39,282 nt of DNA from Bdellovibrionota bacterium (GCA_044345055.1 JBIJBT010000017.1:1-39282); one strand, 5' to 3'; positions 20,695 to 29,966 are shown, numbered from the stretch's first letter. Notes: generated by a model not told the origin, from the letters alone. Program-made: numbers and translations.

Positions 20695-21795
20695 TTACCC
20701 AAGCTTCGGATAGTCAGTATATCCTTTCTCTCCTCCACCGTAGAATGTGCCCCTGTCATATCGATTTAACGGCGCATGAGCAGCGATGCGACTCGGGAGG
20801 TCAGGGTTAGCGATAAAGAGCCTACCAAAGGATACAGCGTCCACCTTACCCGCTGTTACCGATTCAGCCGCGCTATCAGGGGTGTATCCTCCCGCTGAAA
20901 TGAGTACGCCGGAGAAGATATTACGAAATAGCTCAGCGACATCGGGGCGGTCCTCAAGAACTATGTCGCCCGATCCCGCTGAAGAAGCACGAGGTTCGAT
21001 AAGATCAACAAATGCGATAGAGCGAGCGCTGAGCTGCGATAAAACATATGAGAACAGAGCAACAGGGTCGGAGTCGCTCATGTCGTTGAAAATGCCGTAA
21101 GGTGATAAACGAACTCCCACTCGACCGCTTCCCCATACGCCTATGACGGCATCTACCACTTCAAGGAGCAGACGAGAGCGATTCTCGATTGAACCGCCGT
21201 ACTGATCGGTGCGCTTATTACTTCCATCTTGAAGGAACTGATCCAACAAATAGCCATTAGCGCCGTGAACTTCTACACCATCAAACCCAGCCTCACGAGC
21301 AAGATTTGCTCCATGTGTGAAAGCCTCGACAATGCCATGAATCTCCTCTGTTTCGAGCGCCCTAGGAGTGAGAATAGGAGTGGGTTTCCAACCGGCAGTC
21401 ATAGTTCCGCTATTCTTAGCAGCAATTGCAGAGGGAGCCACTGGAAGCTGATTATCTGGTTGATGCGATGAGTGAGAGATCCGACCGACGTGCCACAGCT
21501 GAAGAACGATGCGACCTCCTGCTGCGTGAACAGCATCAGTCACTAACTTCCATCCCTCAACCTGTTCAGCAGAGTGAATACCTGGTGTAGCTGGATAGCC
21601 CTGACCCTGTTGGCAAACCTGCGTCGCCTCCGAGATTATAAGCCCCGCGCTCGCACGTTGCGCATAGTAGGTGGCATTAAGTTCGTGAGGAATATTACCG
21701 GGCTGCTTACTTCGCATTCGAGTAAGTGGAGCCATGACTATACGGTTTGGAAGATGTAGGTCACCTGCTATAAGGGGAGAAAAAAGGTCTGTCAT
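20695..21795 (-). CDS. nemA: Old yellow enzyme / alkene reductase (NemA-like)
   Basis: NRIVMAPLTRMR, QLWHVGR, EVHGANGYLLDQF, FIANPDL, GYTDYP. Confidence 0.9.
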   Translation of the reverse strand: MTDLFSPLIAGDLHLPNRIVMAPLTRMRSKQPGNIPHELNATYYAQRASAGLIISEATQVCQQGQGYPATPGIHSAEQVEGWKLVTDAVHAAGGRIVLQLWHVGRISHSSHQPDNQLPVAPSAIAAKNSGTMTAGWKPTPILTPRALETEEIHGIVEAFTHGANLAREAGFDGVEVHGANGYLLDQFLQDGSNKRTDQYGGSIENRSRLLLEVVDAVIGVWGSGRVGVRLSPYGIFNDMSDSDPVALFSYVLSQLSARSIAFVDLIEPRASSAGSGDIVLEDRPDVAELFRNIFSGVLISAGGYTPDSAAESVTAGKVDAVSFGRLFIANPDLPSRIAAHAPLNRYDRGTFYGGGEKGYTDYPKLG

Positions 21796-21859
21796 ATAAG
21801 TTTTCCAACTAGGTTAAGTAAATTTTTCTTCTAAAAATTAAAATGCGTCTCGGTAAATT

Positions 21860-23455
21860 TTAGCCAATATTCCCAATTTCAGGAACAAAGCCTCTACGCG
21901 AGGTATTCTCGGTTATGGTTCTTGGTTCGACAAATTGAAGAAGATAATCAGGACCACCAGCTTTTGAACCGATCCCTGACATTTTGCTTCCACCGAACGG
22001 TTGGCGACCAACTAATGCCCCAGTGATGCCCCGATTAAGATAGAGGTTGCCGACAGTAAAATGGCGTCGTGCGGACTCGAGATTCCGCGGATTTCGGGAA
22101 AAGACTCCACCGGTTAAAGCATACGGTGAGTCTAGTGCAATACGAAGAGCTTCTTCAAATGAGGGTGCTGATGTTGTGCAGAGGACTGGCCCAAATATCT
22201 CCTCATTCCACCACTCACTCGAGAGAGGAGGATCGATGATAATTGTAGGTGAGATAAAATAACCATCCATAAGCTGGCGCTCTGCAGCTTCAACTCGACA
22301 GACGTTCCTTGCGCGCTCGATCGTCGCTGTAATCCGTGCAAAAGCCTCTGCATCAACAACCGGTCCAATTACGGCACTTGGATCTTTGGCAGGAGCAACG
22401 ATAAGGTCCGCTGCTGCTTCGACGAGTCGCTCAATGAATCGGTCGTACTGACGTCCGACGACGATAAGTCGCGAGCATGCAGAACATTTTTGGCCCGCAA
22501 ATCCGAATGCAGAGGAAAGAATCCCTCTCATAGCCTCATCTTCATCTGCATCTTCATCGATGATTAGAGCATTTTTCCCGCCAAGCTCTGCAATCACCCG
22601 TTTAATAGATCGCTGGCCCGGATATGGGGTAGCAGCGGCCATCATAATTTGTTGGCCAACAGCACGAGATCCAGTGAAGCAGATCATATCAACTCTCGGA
22701 TCACTCACGAGAAAGCGGCCGATCTCTTCGCCAGCGCCCGGAATATAAGCAAACGCGCGAGAAGGTATGCCCGCCTCAAGCAGTAGCTGGGCAAGAGCAA
22801 ACCCAACGAGACTCGATTGCTCAGCAGGCTTGAGGATCGTAGCATTACCCGTCACCAACGCCGCCACTGTCATGCCACACGCGATTGCAAAGGGGAAATT
22901 CCACGGAGAAATTACCACGGCGATCCCTCGTGGGCGGTATACGAGAAAATTATCCTCTCCTGGAATATCGCTTGTCGGTATTGGAGCAGCGAAAAGAAGG
23001 GCGCGTTCCGCGTAATATCGACAAAAATCGATCGCTTCAGCGACATCAGCATCTGCTTCCTTCCACGGCTTACCTACCTCGCGAATAATGAGTGCGCTCA
23101 GATCGTGTCGCCTCTCCTGCATGAGGTTCGCAGCGCGTTGTAACATCTCGGCTCGTGTCGCTACCGGAGTCGCTTCCCATTGCGGCTGAAAAGCCAACAA
23201 ACTTGTGAGTGCCTCATCGGCAAGCTCTGTTGATCCATAGTGAATAGTGCCGAGCTCCTCCTGTGTCATAGAGGGGTCTTCTCGTTTCACAGCCGAATCG
23301 GTCGAGCGTTCTATACCGCCAATGATCGGTTGGGCTATCAGCTTATGAGCGGCGCGAAGCTGTTCCACACGATCGAGGGCATCTTTGAGCGCGTTTCTCT
23401 CCTTAGGATCTGCAAAATCGCTAAATGGTTCATTCACAAAAAATTGGGTATTCAT
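21860..23455 (-). CDS. pruA: L-glutamate gamma-semialdehyde (P5C) dehydrogenase
   Basis: EAIDFCRYY, ISPWNFP, FTGS, AELGGKN, GQKCSACSR, EEIFGP, GNLYLNRGITGA. Confidence 0.9.
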   Translation of the reverse strand: MNTQFFVNEPFSDFADPKERNALKDALDRVEQLRAAHKLIAQPIIGGIERSTDSAVKREDPSMTQEELGTIHYGSTELADEALTSLLAFQPQWEATPVATRAEMLQRAANLMQERRHDLSALIIREVGKPWKEADADVAEAIDFCRYYAERALLFAAPIPTSDIPGEDNFLVYRPRGIAVVISPWNFPFAIACGMTVAALVTGNATILKPAEQSSLVGFALAQLLLEAGIPSRAFAYIPGAGEEIGRFLVSDPRVDMICFTGSRAVGQQIMMAAATPYPGQRSIKRVIAELGGKNALIIDEDADEDEAMRGILSSAFGFAGQKCSACSRLIVVGRQYDRFIERLVEAAADLIVAPAKDPSAVIGPVVDAEAFARITATIERARNVCRVEAAERQLMDGYFISPTIIIDPPLSSEWWNEEIFGPVLCTTSAPSFEEALRIALDSPYALTGGVFSRNPRNLESARRHFTVGNLYLNRGITGALVGRQPFGGSKMSGIGSKAGGPDYLLQFVEPRTITENTSRRGFVPEIGNIG

Positions 23456-24876
23456 TCATCCTCCGGATCCATAGATGGCGCAGCAAGAAGAGCGTCAATA
23501 TCGCGATCATCAAAGAAGGTGTGGCGCAAGAAAGATTCGTTCGAAGTATTTTCTAACAAACGTCTTACAAGGTAGCCCATGCCGGGAAGAAGTGGGCCAA
23601 GGGGAACATACAGCCGAATAAGATAATCGTGGTGGCGGAACGCTCGAGCGATTGGATCTGCCATACCATACAACATTTGGAGCTCAAAATTGGTGCTTGG
23701 TATGCCACGGCTTTCAGCGTAAACGCAGGCGTGAGCAAGTGACCGCACATTGTGTGAGCCAAAAGCAGGAAAAAGATTCTGGTGGTTATCAAGAAGAAAA
23801 CGGCTAATCTTCTCAAATTGCGCATCTGCGGAACACTTATGGGTAAAGAGTGGTGATCGCCAACCATTTTGAAGAGCAACGGTTGTTTCATGATCCCAAT
23901 ACGCGCCCTTGACCAATCGAATAGCTATTGGACTGCCCCTCTCCTTTGAAAAAGCAAGAAGATCAGAAACAAGCTCCTCCGCATGACGAGAGTAGGCCTG
24001 AACGACACATCCGACGAGCCGCTCATTACGAAACTCAGCACTACCAAATACTTGCTTAAAAGCCTTATAAATGATCTCGTTGTTCGCTGAATCTTCTGCA
24101 TCAACATAGAGCTGTGCATTAGCGGTCTTGGCCTGATGCGCAAGCAGAGCGAGGCGATCGGAGAGGACCGATACACTCCGTTTTTGATTTAGGGATGAAA
24201 CCTGAGAATAGAGGGCAGTTAATTTGACCGAGACACATGTTGCTCTCGCATCTCCAGGATTTTCCGGCATTAGTGAAGAGCTCTCGGGCCAGGTAGCAAC
24301 TCTCGGCCCGAGCACTGAAAAACACTCAAGGTATCGTTTTAGATAACTCTCAGCCTCCTTCTCGCTTACACAATATTCGCCGAGAAGATCAACGGTAAAA
24401 GCAAAACCAGAGCGGCGAATCTTTCTTAGTATAGAAAGTGCCTTCGCGGGGGTCTCTCCAGCTATGAATTGCGCCGCCATTTGACGCACCCCAAGTGTCA
24501 CAGCAGCAGCCATCACGGATCGGCTCACAAACCCGCTATTTTTTAATCCCCACATCGCCCAGCCAGGGATCATCTCAGCCTCATCGCCAAGATATTGAAG
24601 GACGTGATCTGATATTGCCTCCGAGGAATCGAGAGAGGGCAAGACATCTACTAGGCGAAACAGATTTCTTTTCAGCGAGGGTGTCTGTGTAGACCACTCC
24701 ATAAATCGCTGCGACCAGAACTGTTTTGAGATAATGGATGAGCCCTCAACTCGAACCCCTGCAAGGATCTTCTTACCCATCGCAGTTATCCGATCGTCAA
24801 ACGATGGTATTTTTGCTGGGAGAGTTGTTTGATAGGAGGGCGCGTGATCAGGTGAAGAGGAGGTCTGTTTTGACAC
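23452..24876 (-). CDS. Proline dehydrogenase (PRODH half of a PutA-type enzyme)
   Basis: LFRLVDVLP, DLLGE, VDAE, IRLVKGAYWD, GSHN, FELQMLYGM, YLVRRLLENTSN. GTG at 24876 is preceded by AGGGAG. Confidence 0.9.
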   Translation of the reverse strand: MSKQTSSSPDHAPSYQTTLPAKIPSFDDRITAMGKKILAGVRVEGSSIISKQFWSQRFMEWSTQTPSLKRNLFRLVDVLPSLDSSEAISDHVLQYLGDEAEMIPGWAMWGLKNSGFVSRSVMAAAVTLGVRQMAAQFIAGETPAKALSILRKIRRSGFAFTVDLLGEYCVSEKEAESYLKRYLECFSVLGPRVATWPESSSLMPENPGDARATCVSVKLTALYSQVSSLNQKRSVSVLSDRLALLAHQAKTANAQLYVDAEDSANNEIIYKAFKQVFGSAEFRNERLVGCVVQAYSRHAEELVSDLLAFSKERGSPIAIRLVKGAYWDHETTVALQNGWRSPLFTHKCSADAQFEKISRFLLDNHQNLFPAFGSHNVRSLAHACVYAESRGIPSTNFELQMLYGMADPIARAFRHHDYLIRLYVPLGPLLPGMGYLVRRLLENTSNESFLRHTFFDDRDIDALLAAPSMDPEDE

Positions 24877-24958
24877 GGTGCGACTCCCTGAATGAAGCAC
24901 GAGGCGAGGTTTGACGATATATATCAGAGAGTCGGCTCGATCTGGTTCCGGCTCACAG

Positions 24959-25594
24959 CTAACTGCTCTGCCCGAATAGCCGTCCCTGCCTGACATAATC
25001 ATCGAATCGAATGATATTGCTCGAATAGTTGGGCTCAATATCACACGCTTTGATGACCTTCGCTAGGGTACGAAAGAGGATCCACATATCAAGCCGAAAT
25101 GAGAGATGCGATACATAGAAGGAGTCGTAGCGAAGTTTGCGATTCCATCCGATCGCATTGCGCCCACTTACCTGAGCAAGACCCGATATTCCGGGTCTAA
25201 CATCGTGCCGATGTCCCTCTCGTTCAGAGTAGAAAGGAAGATACTCTGGCAAGAGTGGGCGTGGTCCTATCAAGCTCATCTCACCTTTCAAGACATTTAT
25301 AAGCTGCAAAAGCTCATCAATTGAGAGCGCCCGAACGATCCTTCCAAGCGGAGTGATTCGTTCATTATCCGGCAGGAGCGCACCATCAGCTCCTCGCGCA
25401 TCGGTCATTGTTTTGAACTTAATTATTCGGAATGGGGCTCCGCCAAGCCCGGGGCGGATCTGATAGAACAAGATATCGCCGCGATTGACCCACCAGAGAG
25501 CAAGTGCGACTATAGCGAGCAGAGGGCTTGCCATAATCAAGACCAAGCCACTGATGACGATATCAAAAATCCGTTTTCCCCATTGGCGATACAT
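24959..25594 (-). CDS. Bacterial sugar transferase (PglC-like undecaprenyl-phosphate phosphoglycosyl transferase)
   Basis: KRIFD, F.Q.RPG, KFKTM, DELLQLINVLKGEMSLIGPRP, RPGISGLAQV. ATG at 25594 has a GAGGAGG SD. Confidence 0.92.
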   Translation of the reverse strand: MYRQWGKRIFDIVISGLVLIMASPLLAIVALALWWVNRGDILFYQIRPGLGGAPFRIIKFKTMTDARGADGALLPDNERITPLGRIVRALSIDELLQLINVLKGEMSLIGPRPLLPEYLPFYSEREGHRHDVRPGISGLAQVSGRNAIGWNRKLRYDSFYVSHLSFRLDMWILFRTLAKVIKACDIEPNYSSNIIRFDDYVRQGRLFGQSS

Positions 25595-25648
25595 ACAATA
25601 TCCCTCCTCTGATATAAAAACCGAACCTGATCGTTCACGTCTCACCAG

Positions 25649-25820
25649 AAAAGGGGGGCGGCTCTTTGGATGAAAAGCCACCGGATACCATCCCAGCGGG
25701 TTGGCATATTCCGTTGGGGGACCTCGTTAACAACCCCTTCTTCCGAACGGTGCTCGCGGTCTCTCCTCTCCAGATACCACATGGCATGAGGGGGAGGCTA
25801 TGGGTGAATAAGTGGCTGTT
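25649..25820. ncRNA. Putative structured RNA / cis-regulatory element, family unrecognised
   Basis: Nested complementary segments (AGCCAC/GTGGCT, CCGTT/AACGG, GGGG/CCCC, GTCTCTCC/GGGGAGGC). A minus-strand hairpin at 25657-25682 is followed by CCCCTTTT. Confidence 0.5.
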
Positions 25821-25896
25821 CATTAAAAACGAGCTGCTATGGATTTTTATTTGAGCAAAGGTAATCGCCTCAAATGTCGGGTTGCTTTTATGGTAC

Positions 25897-25924
25897 TTGA
25901 CTTTTCCGATGACACGGGCATACT
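25897..25924 (+). promoter_or_regulatory. Possible sigma70 promoter for the RRM-bS18 gene
   Basis: TTGACT-N16-CATACT about 145 nt upstream of ATG 26070. Confidence 0.35.
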
Positions 25925-26069
25925 ACGGGCCGATTCTGGACGTGGTTTGAGCTGATGCTTCGGAAAAAAGAGAGCCAGATCGGTCGATTCAATAACTGGT
26001 GCGGAAGAGAACGGAATACCTGCTCCGTAAGGGCCAAAAAAACGTAAAAAGAAGTGCGGATTAGAAGAT

Positions 26070-26633
26070 ATGCGCAAAAAATTGTTTATAAGTAACCTCG
26101 ATTTTGAAATCACGACAGATGAGCTTCGTGATCTCTTTTCAGCTGCGGCCCCGACCTTTAGCGTCGTAATCGCTACTGACCGTGAGACAAAGCGTTCAAA
26201 AGGTTTCGCCTTTGTCGAAATGGAGAGCGAAGATGCAGCAACAGCAGCTATTCAGGCTCTCAACGGCAAGGTAGTAAACGGTCGTCCAATTAAAGTTGTT
26301 GAGGATCGAGGTAAGGGAACACCGGCTCCGGGAGCGCCGGGTGCACCAGGAGCGGCAGGAGCTCCAGAGGGAGAGGGCCGGAGGTACGAGCCACTTCCTC
26401 CAATACAGAGAATGCAGCTTTTCAAGCGTCGTCGAAAGCTGGATCCATTTCTTGAAGATCCAAAAGCTGTAATCGACTATCGCGACGTAACGATGCTTTC
26501 CCGATTCCTGAGCGAGCGAGGTCGCATACTTTCGCGTCGGCTCACTGGGTTAAGCGCATACAACCAGAGAAAAGTTTCAAAAGCGATTAAGAGAGCCCAA
26601 AATCTTGGGTTGCTTCCCTTCTCTGCAGTTTAA
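26070..26633 (+). CDS. rpsR: RRM RNA-binding domain fused to 30S ribosomal protein bS18
   Basis: N-terminus: RNP2 LFISNL and RNP1 KGFAFVEM. PGAPGA linker. C-terminus: IDYRDVTMLSRFLSERGRILSRRLTG...QRKVSKAIKRAQNLGLLPF (bS18 signature). Confidence 0.9.
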   Translation: MRKKLFISNLDFEITTDELRDLFSAAAPTFSVVIATDRETKRSKGFAFVEMESEDAATAAIQALNGKVVNGRPIKVVEDRGKGTPAPGAPGAPGAAGAPEGEGRRYEPLPPIQRMQLFKRRRKLDPFLEDPKAVIDYRDVTMLSRFLSERGRILSRRLTGLSAYNQRKVSKAIKRAQNLGLLPFSAV

Positions 26634-26658
26634 GGGTAGGTACAGCTCTAAGGAATTT

Positions 26659-26723
26659 GCGGCCTCTCGTCCTAGATGACATTAGGCCGCGCGTTGAAGT
26701 GTGACTCCAAAACACTTCAACGC
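26659..26723. terminator. Tandem hairpins between the convergent RRM-bS18 and ABC transporter genes
   Basis: GCGGCCT/AGGCCGC (26659-26690) and a perfect 12-bp GCGTTGAAGTGT/ACACTTCAACGC (26691-26723); no clear U-tract. Confidence 0.45.
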
Positions 26724-26744
26724 TCCCTCCAAGAAAATGCCTTC

Positions 26745-26790
26745 CTCTATAGAAAAGAGCTCTCTATAAGAAAGAGCTTTCTATAAAAAA
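26745..26790. repeat. Imperfect 17-bp tandem repeat (about 2.7 copies)
   Basis: CTCTATAGAAAAGAGCT / CTCTATAAGAAAGAGCT / TTCTATAAAAAA. Confidence 0.7.
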
Positions 26791-26889
26791 TCCCGCCGAT
26801 AAGACATCACAGCCCCTAGAGACTGTTCAGCCCTCCACTTAAACGCTGAAATCCGAACCTTGTCATTCTCCTAAATCGAACACCACTTA

Positions 26890-28668
26890 TCATTCCTTGA
26901 TAAGCTGTTGCTGAACAACGTCAGCATAGAGTCCTCCTTGCGCAACAAGAGCCGAATGGCTTCCTCTTTCAACGATTGTTCCGTCAGAGATAACTAGGAT
27001 TTGTGTTGCTCTTTGTACGGTTGCAAGGCGATGTGCAATCACTAAAAGGGAACATCTCCCGACCAGTGTATTGAGAGTATTTTGGAGCAAAGCCTCATTG
27101 TGCGCGTCGAGCGATGCTGTTGCCTCGTCTAGAATTAAGAGGGTAGGGGAGGTTAAGAGCGCTCGCGCAATCGCAAGACGCTGGCGCTGACCACCGCTGA
27201 GCTGCAGCCCACGCTCACCAACAGCTGTCCGCTCTTTTTGCGGCAAGCTCGCAATAAACTCTTTAAGGTTCACGGCCTGACATACATCTGCCAGTTGGGC
27301 ATCGGTTGCTGTCGGATTACCAAACCGTAAATTTTCCTCAATACTACCAGCTATAAGGATCGGATCCTGGGGAACGATGGCGATCTTTTTCCTAAGCGAC
27401 TCGAGATTAATATCCGCAAGAGGGATGCCTCCGAGTGTAATAGTTCCTGATGACGGAGGATAAAATCCGAGGATTAACTGAGTAATTGTACTTTTCCCAG
27501 CCCCAGATGGTCCGACGAGCGCCGTAAAGCTCCCGGGTTCTATAGATAACGAAATATTTCGTAGGACAGGTGTTTCGGCCCGTTGAGGATAAGAGAAGGA
27601 TACCTCATTAAATTCCAGACAGAGCTGCTTTGATTCAGGAAGGAGCTGAGCTCCCGAGGGCTCTGCATCGGTTGGTGAGATAAACTCAAGAACGCGGTCA
27701 ACCGCTCCCATCGATTGCATGAGATCGGAAAAACCTCCCGCAACAAAAGCCGCCGAGAGTGCAACGGTAGCTCCGTACATCGCAAACGCCACTAAATTCC
27801 CCCACGAGATAATACCCGCAGAGGCCAATGTGTAGCCGTACAAACCGATGAGAACTAGACTAGTGTTAAGGAGGAAGGTGACAAAAGATTGAAAAAATGC
27901 GCTGAGACTCGTTCGAGCGACGATCGTGTCGTATGCTCGATTGATGGAATCTCGGAATGATGTGATTGAAAAAGGCTCGGCTCGGCACGCTTTTACCGTG
28001 CGAATAGCTGAAAACGACTGTTCGGCTAGACCAGATGCTTCTCCGAGTAGTGCCTGATGCTGTTTTGATAACCGCCGAAGCCGTCGTCCGAGGCTGACTG
28101 AAATGGCGATAAGAACGGGAATAATCGCGAGAAGTATCGCCGTCATCCGAGGCGAGAGCCAGCACATTAGCAAAACTCCCTGACCGACCTGCAGTAGGTA
28201 GCGTAACGTAACCGATGCTCTTGTACCGATCGCCTCTTGGATGAGGAGGGTATCTGCGACTGTGCGGGATACAAGATCGCTTGTTCGGTGAGAATCAAAA
28301 AAGCTTACCTGCTTTCGAATGAGTGACTCATAAAGACTGACCCGCAACCGCCTTACTACTCGATGGGCCATGACACCCATGAGATAGGTTCGAAGATAGT
28401 AGGCAGCTGATTGCAGAAAAAAAAGGCCAACCGTAAAGCCAATAACCCTATTCGTGTGAGTACTGAGCGATAGTGGCCCGCTCAGATCAAGCGCTCTGCG
28501 CGCTAATTCGGGGACTAATAGATTCGATTCTACTCCCACGATAAGAGCGACAGAGCCACCAATGAGTAATTTTTTCTCCTCCAGGCAGAGCTTTAGAAGA
28601 GCTCGGGCACCTGCTCGCCAATTGCTCGATGGTGCTGAGGGATTGGCTGAAGAGGAATGTCGTCTCAT
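26890..28668 (-). CDS. ABC exporter, fused permease/ATPase (ABCB/MsbA-like)
   Basis: TM domain; Walker A GPSGAGKST, VPQD, LSGGQRQR, LILDEATASLD, IAHRL. Confidence 0.93.
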   Translation of the reverse strand: MRRHSSSANPSAPSSNWRAGARALLKLCLEEKKLLIGGSVALIVGVESNLLVPELARRALDLSGPLSLSTHTNRVIGFTVGLFFLQSAAYYLRTYLMGVMAHRVVRRLRVSLYESLIRKQVSFFDSHRTSDLVSRTVADTLLIQEAIGTRASVTLRYLLQVGQGVLLMCWLSPRMTAILLAIIPVLIAISVSLGRRLRRLSKQHQALLGEASGLAEQSFSAIRTVKACRAEPFSITSFRDSINRAYDTIVARTSLSAFFQSFVTFLLNTSLVLIGLYGYTLASAGIISWGNLVAFAMYGATVALSAAFVAGGFSDLMQSMGAVDRVLEFISPTDAEPSGAQLLPESKQLCLEFNEVSFSYPQRAETPVLRNISLSIEPGSFTALVGPSGAGKSTITQLILGFYPPSSGTITLGGIPLADINLESLRKKIAIVPQDPILIAGSIEENLRFGNPTATDAQLADVCQAVNLKEFIASLPQKERTAVGERGLQLSGGQRQRLAIARALLTSPTLLILDEATASLDAHNEALLQNTLNTLVGRCSLLVIAHRLATVQRATQILVISDGTIVERGSHSALVAQGGLYADVVQQQLIKE

Positions 28669-28691
28669 GTTTTTATGGGGATTTAGGACTG

Positions 28692-29423
28692 TTAATGATG
28701 CTTACCCTCTAAGGCGGTTCGAACCTCAGCAAGTTTCTCAGGAGTCCCGATATCTACCCAGAAACTGTTAGATACATCGAAGAGCTGAATCCGCTCGCCC
28801 GCCTTGGCAGCCTTGAGAAAAGAGGAGATTGATGAAAATTCTCCTTCATATTCCTCTAGAAATGGATAAAAAGAGGGCGAAATAACCTGAACCCCACTAA
28901 AAGCGAGTGGTCTTAGGTTCGCCTCATCGCCGAATATATCTCCGGTCTCCTGTTTTCGATTTTCATACCCACAGAGAAGTCCGCTGCTCGAAAAAAGAAG
29001 GGGGCGCGAGGTTGCCCGCTCCATAACTCCGAGTGTGACCATCGCTTGAGAGCTTTGATGGTACGCATACATCTCACGAAGATCAATTTTGCTAAACACA
29101 TCGGCGTTGTGAACAAAAAATGGTTCATCTCCCGCCAAAAAAGACCACGCCTTTTTTAGACCCCCACCTGTTCCTAAAAGGGAGGTTTCTCGTGAAATAT
29201 GAATAGTAGTGCCGAAATTTGTTTTATCTGAGATGAATTGCTCAACAACTTCAGAGAGGTAGTGAACGTTAATAACAATTTCGGAGACACCCGCAGAGAT
29301 AAGCCGCTCAACAACGATCTCAAGCATCGTCTTCCCACCAACGCTTACAAGGCATTTCGGTGTGCGTTCGGTTATTGAACCTAATCGTGAGCCGTATCCG
29401 GCGGCAAGAATCATCGCTTTCAT
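28692..29423 (-). CDS. Nucleotidyltransferase, MurU-like (MurNAc-alpha-1-phosphate uridylyltransferase)
   Basis: MKAMILAAGYGSRL...PKCL, LLGTGGGL, HNADV, WVDIGTPE; lies next to an AmgK-like kinase. Confidence 0.85.
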   Translation of the reverse strand: MKAMILAAGYGSRLGSITERTPKCLVSVGGKTMLEIVVERLISAGVSEIVINVHYLSEVVEQFISDKTNFGTTIHISRETSLLGTGGGLKKAWSFLAGDEPFFVHNADVFSKIDLREMYAYHQSSQAMVTLGVMERATSRPLLFSSSGLLCGYENRKQETGDIFGDEANLRPLAFSGVQVISPSFYPFLEEYEGEFSSISSFLKAAKAGERIQLFDVSNSFWVDIGTPEKLAEVRTALEGKHH

Positions 29424-29523
29424 CGTGAAAGTATCTCAAAAAAGGTTCAGAAAAAAGAGCGGTTATTCCGACCAGTCCGCTAACTTGATCACGTCCTACT
29501 TGAAACCGTGTCAAATAGATCTG

Positions 29524-29934
29524 TTAATATTTTTTGGGCCAGTTTGCCGTCTCGCGGTGCTCAAGCACAACTGATACGTTAGAGCGCAGATGATTTGCCA
29601 AGGTTTCAGCACAAAAAACCGAGCGATGCTGTCCTCCTGTGCAGCCGTAAGCCACCGTCAGATGTTCGAATCCCCGACTTTGATGGTGGGCAATCGTTTG
29701 CTCAACCATAACCACTGATGCGTTAAAAAATGGCTCAAATTGCGCTGTATTACGGAGGTACTCTTGAACCTCTAGATCTAATCCAGTTAGTCCTTTGTAG
29801 CGCTCTTCTCGACCTGGGTTTGGCAGACCTCGACAATCAAAAACAAATCCCCCGCCGTGAGGGAGCTCTCTCCACGTTGGAGCGTTCTTATAGGAAAAAC
29901 TGAGGATTACAACAGTGAGTAGGTTCGGATTCAT
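29524..29934 (-). CDS. Stand-alone RapZ/YvcJ C-terminal domain protein
   Basis: SFSYK, GGGFVFDCRGLPNP, GCTGGQHRSV; no N-terminal P-loop. Start could be 29946. Confidence 0.85.
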   Translation of the reverse strand: MNPNLLTVVILSFSYKNAPTWRELPHGGGFVFDCRGLPNPGREERYKGLTGLDLEVQEYLRNTAQFEPFFNASVVMVEQTIAHHQSRGFEHLTVAYGCTGGQHRSVFCAETLANHLRSNVSVVLEHRETANWPKKY

Positions 29935-29966
29935 AAACGCCGACATTTTTGATGGAGAGGTTTTTA

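Noticed and set aside
24877..25044. Longer proline dehydrogenase start from the ORF track
   Set aside because: It overlaps the sugar-transferase 3' end; GTG at 24876 has a good SD.
25610..25645. TPP riboswitch suggested by GAACCTGATC
   Set aside because: Lacks the GCTGAGA and TAATxCxxGCGxAGG elements, and no thiamine gene lies downstream.
25595..25854. ORF-track extension of the sugar transferase and small ORFs 25635-25823 and 25666-25854
   Set aside because: The transferase has a strong SD at ATG 25594; the small ORFs have no recognisable features and overlay the structured element.
26745..26790. CRISPR array
   Set aside because: Repeats are directly adjacent with no spacers, and there are no cas genes.
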